NCBI RefSeq assembly: GCF_018977255.1
Contig: NW_024704743.1
Coordinates: forward strand, 30,878,001-30,938,000
Direction: 5' to 3'
DNA length: 60,000 bases
DNA from: Callorhinchus milii
Lineage: Eukaryota
In this document: piece by piece, positions 26,081 through 38,379 of the stretch
Layout: every line of letters starts with the position of its first letter
How positions within the stretch are numbered: position 1 is the stretch's first letter
Notes under the pieces: model-generated
The model's database searches: none
What the model saw: the letters and a program-made list of their open reading frames with translations, nothing else
Told to the model about the DNA's origin: nothing
Translations under genes and position numbers: made by a program

Positions 26081-26532
26081 TACCTTTGAATGTTCCCTAA
26101 GAAGCATCATAAAAGCAGTATAAATCAGGAATGAGTGGTGAGATCCGAAAACACTTTGCGCTAGTTTCCAGGAGACCAGTCTAAGAAAGCAGTTTGACAA
26201 AAAATTGATTCTCACGACTGGGATGTTGTTGCGCTTCCAGCAGTATAAACACAGAGTTAGTGTTTTATGTTTAGGCAAAGGGTGTTTAGTTACTGGCATT
26301 AAGCCACTCCCTGAAGGGTGGCTCCTAGTAGCGTTTGAAGAAATGAGTACATAATATTTTTCCATGATATTTGTTTCTATCAAAGTTTGATGGATTACGA
26401 TAACGATTTCCAGGAGGCATTGTGGTTTGGGAGGGAGGGGGAATGACTGGCCAATAGCTTCTGTTGGATCCTGACAGTGAGGTTAGATTTTCCATATGGG
26501 GTTCAGTAGGATTCTGCCTGTGTTCCTTTAGA

Positions 26533-26620
26533 CAAGGGTGGTTCTCCTTTTGGTTGCCGCGGGCTGGATTCCCTATTTGAAAAAGGTCCACGTGGGCCAC
26601 ATACGCAATATTTTGTGTTT
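26533..26620 (+). mobile_element. hAT non-autonomous end fragment
   Basis: CAAGGGTGG...GCCGCGGGCTGGATT...GTGGGCCACAT resembles Charlie-type subterminal motifs. Confidence 0.45.
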
Positions 26621-26685
26621 CCCTCCCAGAAACATAACATTTACACAGCACCGTTTTCATATTGGAAGGACATCTTGGAATCCTG

Positions 26686-26998
26686 TGGAGTCTTGTAGCT
26701 CAGTAGTTAGAGCACTCGCTTTGCAAGCGAGACAACTGGGTTCAATTCCAGGCAGGGCGAAACCTTGGGCAAGTTTCCTTACTCCACAAGCCTAATAATA
26801 ATAATCCCTCCAAATCAAAACAATAATAAATTGGTCATTTTCAATCCACGACTGCTTGTGGGACACTGCTGTGCGCAATTGGCTGCAGCGTTTCACCCAC
26901 AAATATACGGTCAATTCACTTTACAGTCTATTCTGTGAAGCGCTTTGAGAAGTCTCAAAGACTTGATACGGTGCTATATCAAATGCAGGGATTATTAT
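26686..26998 (+). mobile_element. SINE family A, short form, full length
   Basis: A box TAGCTCAGTAG, anticodon arm CTCGC-TTTGCAA-GCGAG (TGC, Ala-like), B box GGTTCAATTCC, L2-type tail. Confidence 0.95.
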
Positions 26999-27524
26999 TT
27001 TATATTTATATATATATTCTTAGAGGTGCAGAAAATCACCACAGTATAAATTGGGTATGAAACTGGAAATGTGGGCAACTTCCAATCTAACTGAACAAAG
27101 ACTCAAGGTCTTAGTAGTTAAGATCTAACTAATTCTTACAACAGGGAGCAACTCATTGCACTCCACTCTGGGCTCTGATTGTGTAAAGTGTAAGTGTAAT
27201 AGTGTGTATTCTGCCACATCAATACTGTAGAGCTGAAATTCCAGTCCAATGCATCCTTGAAGTCATTGCTTGGAATGACACACAGAATTTCAGCCCCAGG
27301 GTATGTGTAAAACAACGAATAAAAAGCTTTAAAAAGAAACCGATTGAATCAGACAGTTAATGGAATCTAATTTATGTGAGTTGCATATCGATTCAGAACC
27401 AAAGAATCCTGAGCTACCCAGAGGTTGTGGAAGGCTGACCAGCTGGAACGGAACTCCAACACTCCACCTTTCATAAAACCAGATTATAGTTAAATGGGAA
27501 TCCTGCCTTTAGAACAGGTTCGAG

Positions 27525-27568
27525 TTCGAGCTGACTTGATGCTCAATTCGAGCTGACTTGATGCTCAA
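27525..27568. repeat. Perfect 22-bp tandem duplication
   Basis: TTCGAGCTGACTTGATGCTCAA x2. Confidence 0.95.
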
Positions 27569-27784
27569 TTAGGTGCGGGATGTTTGTGTTGGAGAATGCA
27601 ACAGTGTCAGCGTCAACCGCGTTGGCTGTAGCCTAGCTACAGACACATCTTTCTGCATTGCCTCAACCTCACAAAAGCATCCCTTTTAACACCACTGTTA
27701 CAGCATTCTAAGACACTATCCTGGGTGAAGGGCGCTATACAAATGCAATTTGTACTTGCTTCTATTTCCCAAAACAATAATTTA

Positions 27785-28600
27785 CAGTTATATGGTACCT
27801 TCACATCGGGAGGACATCTCAAAATTGACTGGGAGCCTGAGCTGTGGGTGCTGGGAAAGATGGCAGGAAGCATGGCCTAAAAGGAAGGTTTTAAGGTAGG
27901 TTTCAAAGATGGAGAAGGAGCGGGCAGGGCAATGGGAATTCCAAAGATTGGAGACGTTTTGGATGAACACTCGGCCACCGATGGTGGGGTGGAGTGGGCA
28001 GGAACATGAAGCAGGCCAGTCTTTGCTGAGGAGCCAGGTTGCAGAAAGGTCGTAGGAGTTCACAGAGGAGGGAGACCATGGAGGCATTTGAAAGTGAGAA
28101 CATGAATCTTGAATTCAATTCACTGAGGGATTGGGAGCCAAGAGAGAATGTGAATGGTGAGCTCATGGAGCCTGGTGTAGGAGAGGACATGAGTTACAAA
28201 ATTCTGGATAGTCTGCAGCTTGTGTGGGAAGGAGCTGGCGATCTTGGGCATTGGAATAGTCAAACCTAGATGTGATAAAGGTCTCAGCAACCTGTGCAAG
28301 AGAGGTGAAGGAAAGCACAGCAAGTGCGAACTAGGATGTGAAGTTTGAAGGTCAGTTGGCAAGACAATAACAACTTGCATTTATATAACTCCCTTCACAC
28401 AGGCTAATATTTCAGAGTGCTTAAGATACCGTGGTTCCACACAATCTCCATGAGGTGGAACGAGCATCCATGCAATAAGCACCTGAGGTGAGAAGGCAGT
28501 GATTGGAGCCAAGCATAACTGCCCCTCAGTCTTCTCGATATAGAGCTGTAGAAAGTTCGAACTCATCCAAGACCAATCACACCAGCCATCCTGTGAGAAT
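27785..28600 (-). mobile_element. L2 LINE 3' region, fragmented
   Basis: Broken minus-strand translation gives WMSSNFLQLYIEKTE, KLQTIQN..VLS..WLPI and LWNS..FETYLKTFL, then the L2 tail; a second tail is inserted near 28365-28430. Confidence 0.85.
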
Positions 28601-29600
28601 GCCAATTTAGTATTAAGCAGCTTAGAATTAGACAACCCAAACACATTTCACAGAGGACCCGTAGAGTGAGCAGAGTGACAAAACTTTCATCCCGTCTGAG
28701 TCGATCTTTCTCTGCCGACAAAGATCTGCTGACAGGAGACCATTACCAGAGGAACTTCAATTGGTGAAAATCTCACAAAAAGCCTCACACCCCTAGGATG
28801 GCTCATCTGAGAGTTGAAAATTGACAGCCACTGCACAGATCCCCAACATAACTAGATTTTTAATGACTACCTGCAAGTAGAATTCATAAAAATATTCCCA
28901 ATGACCGCCAACAGAATAACTCAGCCAAATAGTCAGAACTCTCAATGTATTACAACCAATATGAAAATTATAAATATAACACTGTGCATCTAATCCCTTA
29001 TTGTTGTATGTACAGAATCTTGTTTACATGTAGACATAGGTTGATTCCAAATTAATAACCCTGGATCTCTCTGCATTGTTTCCCAAAACAAATAATGGAC
29101 ATTGTTTTTTCTTTCAACTGGATTAAAACATAATTCACTTCTGAATATATGACAATTGGTACCGTTCCCACTTCAATCTCAAGAAGATACTAGAGTTCCA
29201 ATATTCCTAAAGTCTTAGCCCTAAGAAAAATATCATAAAATGTAATATTGTGCAGAATTTTGTAAAAATTCTTCATTTTAGTCTTAATTTGGGATTTGAG
29301 AACTGTGGAAAAAACAGCTTTCAAATGTAAGAATTTTCCAGAATTCTATACAATCTTCAATATTAAGACTAACACCATGGGGAATTACAGGCCCTCCGAT
29401 GGTACCTTGTAGCAACTGTGCAATCCAGAGCAAGTGTGTGCCAAAGGAGTTAAACTCAGTTCCAGCTTCAATTGTGGGGAGCAGAGAAAGGCCACCGGCT
29501 GTCCCCATTCGGTCCTCCCTATGTCTGTCTATGTTGTGGAAACTGTCTTCTGGAGATTAAAGTAAATCCACATGGGATTCATTTTCAGATGTCATGAAAT

Positions 29601-29686
29601 AATTGAAACCCTCCAGGCAAGAACATGTCACTTCCACCTTACTGGGACATTCAAAGAAACATGTTCTTGCCTGAAGGGCTCCAATT
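29601..29686. repeat. 86-nt inverted repeat / hairpin
   Basis: AATTGAAACCCTCCAGGCAAGAACATGT (29601-29628) pairs with ACATGTTCTTGCCTGAAGGGCTCCAATT (29659-29686), 25 of 28 Watson-Crick. Confidence 0.9.
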
Positions 29687-30044
29687 GTGGACAGGAATTT
29701 CCTGTTGCAAGTATTTCCTCTGTAGTTCTGGCAGGCAGCAACCCCTCCCCCCAATCTCCAGCACAGGCTGAGTTTATGATGTGTGCCGTGGATGGAATTT
29801 CCCCAGTGATTTAACTGGTTCTGTGATTTATAAAAGCAGCTCCTCACTTCGGATGGCAGAAGATGGACTCCATGTGTCTAAACCTTGTTTTGCATGTGGT
29901 CGGAGTGTTTAAATATCAGCCGTCACCTGCACCATCATGGTTATAATGCCTCCTTTAATGGGCTGAAACTCCAGCTGGCATTATACATATCACCAATGGC
30001 AATGTTGACCACAAATGGGATTTCCTTCATTAAAATCATACATG

Positions 30045-30250
30045 ACCTGAAGCTATGGAACTCCCTCCCTCAATCCCTTCACCTTGTCCCCTTTATCCCC
30101 ATTTTCAGGTAGTACCTGAAGACCTTCCTTTTCAACCATGCCTATGGTCACCTTCCCCCTCCCCCTAGCTCGGCATTAGGCTCTGTCATTGTTAAGCGCT
30201 CTGGGAAACCACCCAATGTGGAGAAAGCGAAATAAGTGCAAGTTGTTGTT
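30045..30250 (+). mobile_element. L2 3' end
   Basis: KLWNSLPQSLHL...LKTFLF motif followed by tail ending AAGTTGTTGTT. Confidence 0.85.
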
Positions 30251-30315
30251 ACTGACTAAAGTTTCTATGTGCATCACCAACTGGACTTCAGCTGATAGTC
30301 TGTTTCTTCTATTCA

Positions 30316-30430
30316 TTTTTCGCCCACAAAATGCAGAGTCAATCCACTTCACAATATATTCTGTGAAGCACTCTGAGACATCTCAATGGCGTGATAAGGT
30401 GCTATATCAAATGCAAGGATTATTATTATT
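30316..30430 (+). mobile_element. Family A SINE 3' fragment
   Basis: TTTCGCCCACAAAA...GTGCTATATCAAATGCAAGGATTATTATT. Confidence 0.9.
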
Positions 30431-31579
30431 TTCTCCTATTACCCATCTTCTCCTCAAGGCATCAATTAGTATTGCATATGGCTTTACAGCAGCCTCTAAT
30501 ACATCACTCAGCCATTCTTCAAATGTGAGCTGAGACAGTGAGTGCCAAAAGGCTTCTTAACTCTGAGTCATTATAGCCAATGGCCAAACATCCATTGTTA
30601 AAGCAGAAGGCTTTGGACAGCTATCAGTAGAAGGAAATCTGGCTGGTTTTCCCCCTCCTTAGCTCAAAAGGTCAATGCAGGGCTTGCACCTCAGCTAACT
30701 CAGCACTGGCAATAAATTGAATTTTGTCATCTCCTGGTTCTATATGGTTCTATACCGTTTGAGGGAATTTAATTGAAGTGTCTAGCTTGAGTTTATTGAA
30801 CAATCTCTCAATGCAACTACAGTGAGAAATACACACCCCAGGATATTACATCAGCTATTCCGTTTAGCAAGCTTTAGTCTTCCCACAGTCTTGAAAATGT
30901 ATGTAGTCCCTAGGATGACTAGATCAGAACATGACAGTATTGGCCAACTCAGTACACTAACCCTTCATGTTCCTTCTGGTCTTTCTGAAAATGAATTTGT
31001 GAAAAGACAAGTTATGATAAGACCCATGGTGCAAAAATAGGACATTTACTTTATGTAATTACTGAACTAAGCACTTCAAGACACTATCCCGCATGAAGAG
31101 AACAAAATAAATACAAGTTGTTAAAATTTTACTCTGTTCTAGGTGAGAGACATCAGTCTGGACAATTTCAATACTTTTTCTATTTTAGCCAACTGTTCTC
31201 AGTATTGAGCACTCATGTGTCAGGTATAGAAAAGGGCAGAGGAAAATAAAGATCCCTTATTCTGTTCCAATGACTGAACTGTCCAAGCCTCAGTAAGATA
31301 TCCCTAATTGTGCTTTGTTTCCATTTTGCACATCATCCTTATGGTCTTTCTGAATAAGTGAACAAGTAAATGAATATCATTTGCCCAATGCCACAATATG
31401 TAGTAAATCAATGTGCTCTGTGGATTAGTCAACTCAATTTTTAAAAACACATGTGAATTCCCCAATGATACAGGAGTGTAACTGATGTATCTTGGCTGCT
31501 GTATTCCTTTACTCAATTTACATTTATCAGAAATTATGATACATGCCTGTTCTTCTACAAAATAAGGCCTTACATCATA

Positions 31580-32131
31580 CTAGTAGTACCCGCTGCCGCT
31601 ATGCTTGCAACCAAGGGATCCAATATGGAATGTAGATTGACAGACATACAAACAGACATTTCATCTTTATACTGATCTGGGAGGACTCCTGTGGGAGGAT
31701 TTCTTTTGGGAGGACGAGCTCCAAAAATATACTTTTTTTGTTGTTGCCGCAGCTTAGCTTCGTCTGTGTTTCTTATTTTATTCCCACCATTTCGCTAAGT
31801 GCATGCTCTGTGACGCAGCATGCCACGGCGACACAATCAGCCGGCGTGGACATCACGTATAACTGCAATGTGGGTGTACAAACGTAGGTGCTCTGTGACC
31901 CATGATGCCACAGTGCCACTTTGACTCGGCGGCCACCAGGTGTTACTGCAGCGAAAAAAACAAAACTGAAAATATCTCATCAACGATAGGAGGTACCCCA
32001 AAACAAATAATCCCACGTCACTCCCAGTTGCAAGACCTTTCTGATGAGGTATACGTCATGTCTCTATGTCAATCAGTTATCGAGATCCTTCTTGAAACAC
32101 AAACAGACATTGACATTTTATTAGTACAGGA
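31580..32131 (-). mobile_element. Non-autonomous Helitron-like element (composite)
   Basis: Minus strand begins A|TCCTGTACTAATAAAATGTC and ends GCGGGTACTACTAG|T (5'-TC...CTAG-3' in an AT target, no TSD); has a (TGTC/TGTT)-rich tract near the 5' end and a CpG-rich interior. Confidence 0.7.
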
Positions 32132-32787
32132 TATTATATATAGATATATATTATATATAGAGAGAGAAGAAAAACAGATGTAAGGATTATACAACTAGAT
32201 TTCCCACTGCGAACATGGGATCTAGCATTTGCTGGAGTTAGCTAAGAGTGTGTGTTAGGTCCAATTGCTTTCTTATCACTGCCTGCCTTTTAAAGAGATT
32301 CTTAAATTATTCTGGAAAGGGTTAGCAGAGCTATGTTTGCATGCACCAAACAAAAGTGTAGCTTGATATTCATAAACTTTTCAACCATGAACTTGGATTA
32401 AGAGTACTGTGTGTTAAAGCTGAGATCCAAAGCAGACATATATGATTTACTGTATTTATTTCTGGAACATTTCTCTGTCTTTGCTAAGATAAAAATCCCA
32501 CCACTACAGTGCAATGTAAAGAGTTTATGTCCCATGTCTGGCACTTAAGTGAAAATGGTAGAATGGTGCTGCTGCATACTGATTGAATACTTTGTCAGAG
32601 TAGTGTGCAATTCATTTGCAATTTTCAGTTGCAAGATATTTATGACACATTGAGTTATGGTTGGACATTGCGTGCATGCGTGGGTAGCACAATTCTTACC
32701 CTCTCTGTGATAGCATTTATAGAACAACAGAGGCCAGAAACTTATCACAGTCACAGCTTTAAGACCATTGTCTTAAAATGTAAGATT

Positions 32788-34225
32788 GAACATAATATGA
32801 GAACATAAGAAATGCTAGACAAAAAAAGACCAAGGTCCATCTCGTTTGCCTTCCACCTTCCTGGCAGTCGCGTGCACATATGTCCCAAACTACCTATGTA
32901 CTATATCCCATAATGTTATTTCCTAAAAGAAAACTAACTAATCTATGTTTGAAAGAATCAACACTTCCTGCTTCAACAGTCTCCCTGGGGAGTCTGTTCC
33001 ACACGTTCACTATTCGCTCACTGAAATAGTGTTTGCGTAGATTCGTTCTAAATTTACCCCCCTTCAATCGCAGGCCGTGTCCTTTGGTTCTACTATTCTG
33101 GACAAGTTGAAACAGCCTGTCGTGATCTATATTGTCTTGCCCCTTTGGAATCTTAATGTCGCCTTTCAATCTTCTCTTTTCCAGCGTGAACATGCCCAAT
33201 TTACTTAGTCGCTCCTCATAATCCAGTCCTTCCATTCCCTCAATCATTTTGGTTGCCCTCCTCTGTAACTTCTCAATTTCTCCAATATCCTTTTTGTTCT
33301 GCAGCAACCAGAACTGTACACAGTACTCTAAGTTTGGTCTCACCAACGATTTATACAGTAACAGGATTACCCCACTATTTCGGCTTGCTATTGATCTTTT
33401 AATACATCCAACATCTGGTTTGCTTTACTCACTGCCACAGAGCATTGTTGGGAGAGCTTCAATTTATTATCAATCAGGACCCCCAGGTCCTTTTCATTTT
33501 CCATACATCTTATTTTCCTTCCGTTCAAATAATAGTCGCTTCCAGGCATTTTTTTATTCCCATGTGAAGCAGTTTACATTTCTCCACATTGAATTTCATC
33601 TGCCACCACTCTACCCAATTCCTGAGTATGTTCAAGATGTCCTGTAACCTATCAGCTTCACAATCTAACACCTTCATTAGCTTGGTGTCATCTGCAAACT
33701 TAGCCACTGTGCTTGTAACTCCTAGTTCCAGATCATTCATAAAAATATTAAACAAAAGAGGTCCCAAAACAGGCCCTTGTGGAACTCCACTGGTAACATT
33801 TTCCCAGTCTGATGACATTCCTTGTATCATCACCCTCTGGGTTCTTCCGTTCAACCGATTGCATATCCAATGTAATATACCTCCACTGATTCCTGTGTTT
33901 TTTTTACTTTCAGTACCAGTCTCTCAAGATGTTCAATGAAGCCTGTATCAAAGGCCTTACTGAAATCCAGATATACAATATCCACAACTTTACCCTTATC
34001 AAGCTCCCTTGTCACACCATCAAAGAAAACCAGTAAATTAGATTGGCAAGATCTTCCCCTTCGTTAACCCATATTGGCTACCATTTATGATTTTATTTCT
34101 GTCCAGCTTCTCCATGATTTTATCCTCAATAAGAGTCTCCATAATTTTACCCACAATGGACATTAAACTTACTGGTCTGTAGTTTCCTGGGTCACATTTG
34201 TTAGCTTTCTTAAAAATAGGAGTCA
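32788..34225 (-). mobile_element. CR1 LINE, 5'-truncated, decayed reverse transcriptase (ORF2) plus 3' UTR
   Basis: Peptides TPIFKK..DPGNYRPVSL, GVPQGPVLGPLLF..KFADDTKL, WQMKFNVEKCK and VRPNLEYCVQFW..RRLKGD..VWNRLP lie in different frames with stops; TTCTTATGTTC tail. Confidence 0.97.
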
Positions 34226-34584
34226 ATTGAATAAAAAAAATTGGAAAAAATGTATTCAATCTCGATTTGGAAGCCTTTAATTGTTAAGAACTATGGAGAA
34301 ATGGCTTCTGAATTAAGAGCTTCCCACCATTCTGAATTTTAAGATGAAATTGTCTTAATTGCTAAAACATGAAGATGTTCAGTGTATCCTTGATCAGTTA
34401 ACCAGAGGCATGTCACTAGTATGCTCTCTCAATTGGAATCTGGTTTCTGGGACAGACTGCCCTGGGGCTGGGGGGCGACAAAGCTGCCGAAAATAATCCT
34501 TTAAAAAGATTTTATTAGGCAATAAGAAATGCAAAGGATTAAACAACTCAGATCGAGCAAGGCAACATGACTAGTAGAGAGGGA

Positions 34585-34775
34585 AGAGAGTTTCTCCCAG
34601 TAACCAGATAAATTTGGTTGATCACTTTATGGCTGTTTGTGGGACATTGCTGAGCACATATTGGTTGCCACGTTCACCTACAAAACACAGTCTACACTTT
34701 ACAGTGTATTCCAGGAAGTGCTTTCAGACATCCTCCTGATGTGAAAAGTGTTATACCAAATGCAAGAATTATCAT
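34585..34775 (+). mobile_element. Family C SINE 3' half
   Basis: ATGGCTGTTTGTGGGACATTGCTG...GACATCCTCCTGATGTGAAAAGTG. Confidence 0.8.
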
Positions 34776-35435
34776 CAACTGTGGCTGTCTTAATCGGAAA
34801 AGGAGGGCAAGAGAATGTCCAAGTCCCTATGCTGTCTTTTTATTGTTATATATACTCAGGTCAATGGAAGAGAACATTTCTCTGTTTGTGATGTAATGCA
34901 GTTCTGGTCCTTCCTGCCAATACATCCATGTTTGTTGTCCTGCTAAAAAATAATTGTATATTAGAGCAGAGCTGCAAACTGATGGACCATACAGCAAAAC
35001 ATACCTTTACACAGCTGCTCATCCTAACCTGACCCTCTTAGAGGTGGTGAGGAAGATGAAAGGACTATCGATTCTTTATGAGTTAACTTCCGATGAGATC
35101 ATTTCCCACAGGATGGCAGGCTGCCCATTTTTCTCAAAGGCGGAATACATTTCTTTATCTAAACACGTCAGGGTAGGACAATCTATCAGAGGGATGAATA
35201 AATTGAGTGGACCTCAGCTTTGATCAAACAGCTCAATGTTTAATCCCACTCCCGCATTCAACCCAGTGTAAAGCAAGAACAGCATTTACTGATCTTAAAT
35301 AACATTGAGTTCCTGTATCTCACTGGAACAAATCCACACAGATAACCTTGGGCATTTTTAGTCTTGAAAATGGAAGTTAAAGTAAGATGGCATTGGTCCT
35401 CTTCTTAGCTCCGTGTTCTAACTTCTAATTATAAT

Positions 35436-35725
35436 GTGGAGTCCTGTAGCTCAGTAGTTAAAGCACTCGCCTTGCAAGCGAGAGGCCTGGGTTTGATTCC
35501 CGGCAGGGCGAAACCTTGAGCAAGTTTCCTTACTCCACACATCCCTCAAGAAAAAAATAATAAATTGGTCACTTCAATCCATGACTGTTTGTGGGACACT
35601 GCTATGCAAAATTGGCTGTCGCGTTTCACCCACAAATATACAGTCAATTCACTTTATATTCTGTGAAGCACTTTGAGACGTCTAGAAGATGTGAAAAGCA
35701 CGATATCAAAAGGCAAAGATTTATT
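35436..35725 (+). mobile_element. SINE family A, short form, full length
   Basis: TGGAGTCCTGTAGCTCAGTAG head with A and B boxes, 3' block and tail. Confidence 0.95.
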
Positions 35726-37199
35726 ATGCATTTCCTTCCTTCAATTCTGATCAGCTTCTTACCAACTCTGGAAAGACTGTTATTACCATTGTTTAACAAT
35801 GCTCTTGTATCCAATTTAGTTACCAGGCACTTTGCCCATTGCCTGTTTGCCAAGCAAAATTTACAGTAACTGTCTGTCCAGTTGAAAATACAAGATAAAT
35901 TATATACAGCGGACTTGAAAAGGCACTCACTGCAAAACAGCAGCACAAATGGTTCCTTCCACCACAAGAAGCAACTTGGGATGTAAAGTGCACCTCCTAC
36001 AGGGAACCCCATATCACACTGGTTCAGAAGAACTCGTCTCCGCCTAGAGTGTGCCTTGGAACTGAGCCTCTTGCGGGCTGGAATAACATTCAATAGATTC
36101 CTCTGAGGAAATGCATTTTCATCCCAAGGGACATTTTCTAGTTAGAGATCTAACTTACGTTACTGTTTTCATTTCTTTTTCAAACCTAACATTACAATTG
36201 CCAGAATGCCAAGTTTCTTTAGCCATTTGTGTTCATCTAAAATCAGTTTTCCATCCTATTTTTTAAAAAAATCAGAAACAGGACTTGCTTTACACTGGGC
36301 TCACTTAATTCTTGTCAACTGGAAAAATGAATGCTAATAAATGCTTTTACATTATTGTGTGAGAAACTGTTAGACAATCAATAATTTTGATAAAGCAACT
36401 CACTGTAATACTGTAAAAATTCCATAGACCCAAATAAGGAATCAAAACTAACTTGTACTCAGAAAGTGGCAGAAACATTAATCTTATTCACAGGCAAAGA
36501 AGGTAGAGGATTAAGGCATTCATCCTTTTGGTAAGACTTTATTGGAGAGACTTCAGTTGCTTCTCAAATGAAAGAGAGGTTAGACATTGAATTTTGACTA
36601 AATATAGTCGATGTTTGTGCTGAATAGCAGGGATTTAGAATTGTTTAGCTTTTAGGAAAAGCACTGCAATGAGTTTAACAGCTGTCCTGAGTTTTGATTC
36701 TACAGATTATTTTCAGTCTTATGTGGTGCTTTATGGGGCACAATACCCCAGATAAAAATTGGACTCACCAAGTGGAAACAGTCTATCAACATCTACTCCA
36801 TCAACTCCTTTCATAATCTTAAACACCTCTATCAGGTCCCCTCAGTCATTTACAATTCATTCTATTTAACTTAATCGATTTAACATTGTTGTGGTACATA
36901 TAGACTGGATGCATCAAAGTCCAACCTCTAGAACTCACTAAAATGCTAATCTGTTTCTACTTACCCTATTTCAGTTGGTAGCTCCTTCACCTCGGAGTCA
37001 GAAGGTTATGGGTTCAAGACCCACAAAGGGTCTTTAGACTCAGTCTCGGCTGACAGTCCAATTGCGCTGGTAGAGTGTTGCAATTGTTGGAGGATTCATG
37101 CTTCAGATGAGACTTTAAACTGAGGTCCCGCCTACCTATTCAAATAGAAGGTATCCCAATGCACACTCCGGTGTCCCCGAGCCTTGGTTCTTGTCAGCT

Positions 37200-37517
37200 T
37201 AATAATAATAATAATCCTTGCATTTGATATAACGCTTTTAACGTCAGGAGGACATCCCAAAGCGCTTCATAGAACACACTGTAAAGTGAATTGACTGTAT
37301 ATTTGTGGGCGAACGCGGCAGCCAATTGCGCACAGCAATGTCCCACAAACAGTCGTAGATTGAAAATGACCAATTTATTATTGTTTTTGGTTTTGGAGGG
37401 ATTATTATTAGGCATGTGGAGTAAGGAAACTTGCCCAAGGTTTCGCCCTGCCTGGAATTGAACTCAAGTCTCTCGCTTGCAAAGCGAGCGCTCTAACCAC
37501 TGAGCTACAGGACTCCA
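37200..37517 (-). mobile_element. SINE family A, short form, young subfamily
   Basis: Full length, CpG-rich, closely similar to 56142-56476. Confidence 0.95.
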
Positions 37518-37529
37518 AAACGAGGGCTC

Positions 37530-37700
37530 GTCCGGGATTACATCTAATACTTGCATCTAATACTCTCTGGAATTATGTAATCAGGATGAGTCCTTGGAAT
37601 TTCCATGTGTAGGTGAGAAGCATGGAACTCACAAATCTGATTTGGATCTTTTTAAGCAACGTGATGGGTTTCCACATGTATCAGACAGCCAGCTGACCAA
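37530..37700 (+). repeat. Family D 3' fragment
   Basis: GGAATTTCCATGTGTAGG...GTGATGGGTTTCCACATGTATCAGACA. Confidence 0.7.
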
Positions 37701-38379
37701 AAAAATAGAATAGTAAAAATTCCATGGAACATTTGAAAAGAGAAAGGGGTTTCTTCCAGTGCCTAAGCCAACAATCCCCCAAATAAAATTGGTCATTCAC
37801 CTCATGGCAGTTTGTAGCAATTGGTTATTATCTTCATTTTCACCCACAAAATACAGTTAATCCACTTCACAATATATTCTGTGAAATGCTTTGAGGCATC
37901 TCAAAGATGTAATAAGGCGCTGTATTAAATGCAAGGATTATTATTATTAATTGCCATTGCATTCTCCTAAAAATAAGGTCACTACACTTCACAATAAAAC
38001 CTGTGAAGCACTTTGAGACATCTTGACAATGTGGTAAGGTTCGATATTAAATGTAAGGATTACTTCTGTGAACAAAGTTGGCTTCCACACCAGATGTCTA
38101 AGCAGAATTCCAGAGGATAGCCACCGACATTTGCGAGGTACAATCCCTGTCAATGCTTGCTCCAATGTGTAATTCACCACTGTCACAGCAGTACACATCT
38201 TTCTTAGAGGCCTTTAACACCATGTGATCTATCTGTGGATTTGTCTCATCAGTTCATCCCTGTCACAGGTCTCACAACTCTCACAATGCACCACATCAAA
38301 GGGGCAAACCCTACAGCATCATAACTGCTTCTAAGTACAAAAATACCCATTATATCACTCTTTGGCTAACACAATCGGA

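Larger units (their letters stand above)
36970..37948 (+). mobile_element. Family C SINE split into head (36970-37185) and 3' half (37715-37948) around younger insertions
   Basis: Head TCAGTTGGTAGC..GAGTCAGAAGGTTATGGGTTCAAG and Deu start; the rest resumes at TAAAAATTCCATGG. Could be two separate copies. Confidence 0.65.

Noticed and set aside
26686..26760. tRNA-Ala-like sequence (also 35436, 37440, 50585, 56400)
   Set aside because: SINE head: no proper acceptor stem, and it continues directly into the SINE body.
33249..33939. Plus-strand ORFs of 132 and 116 aa
   Set aside because: Antisense shadows of the CR1 RT.
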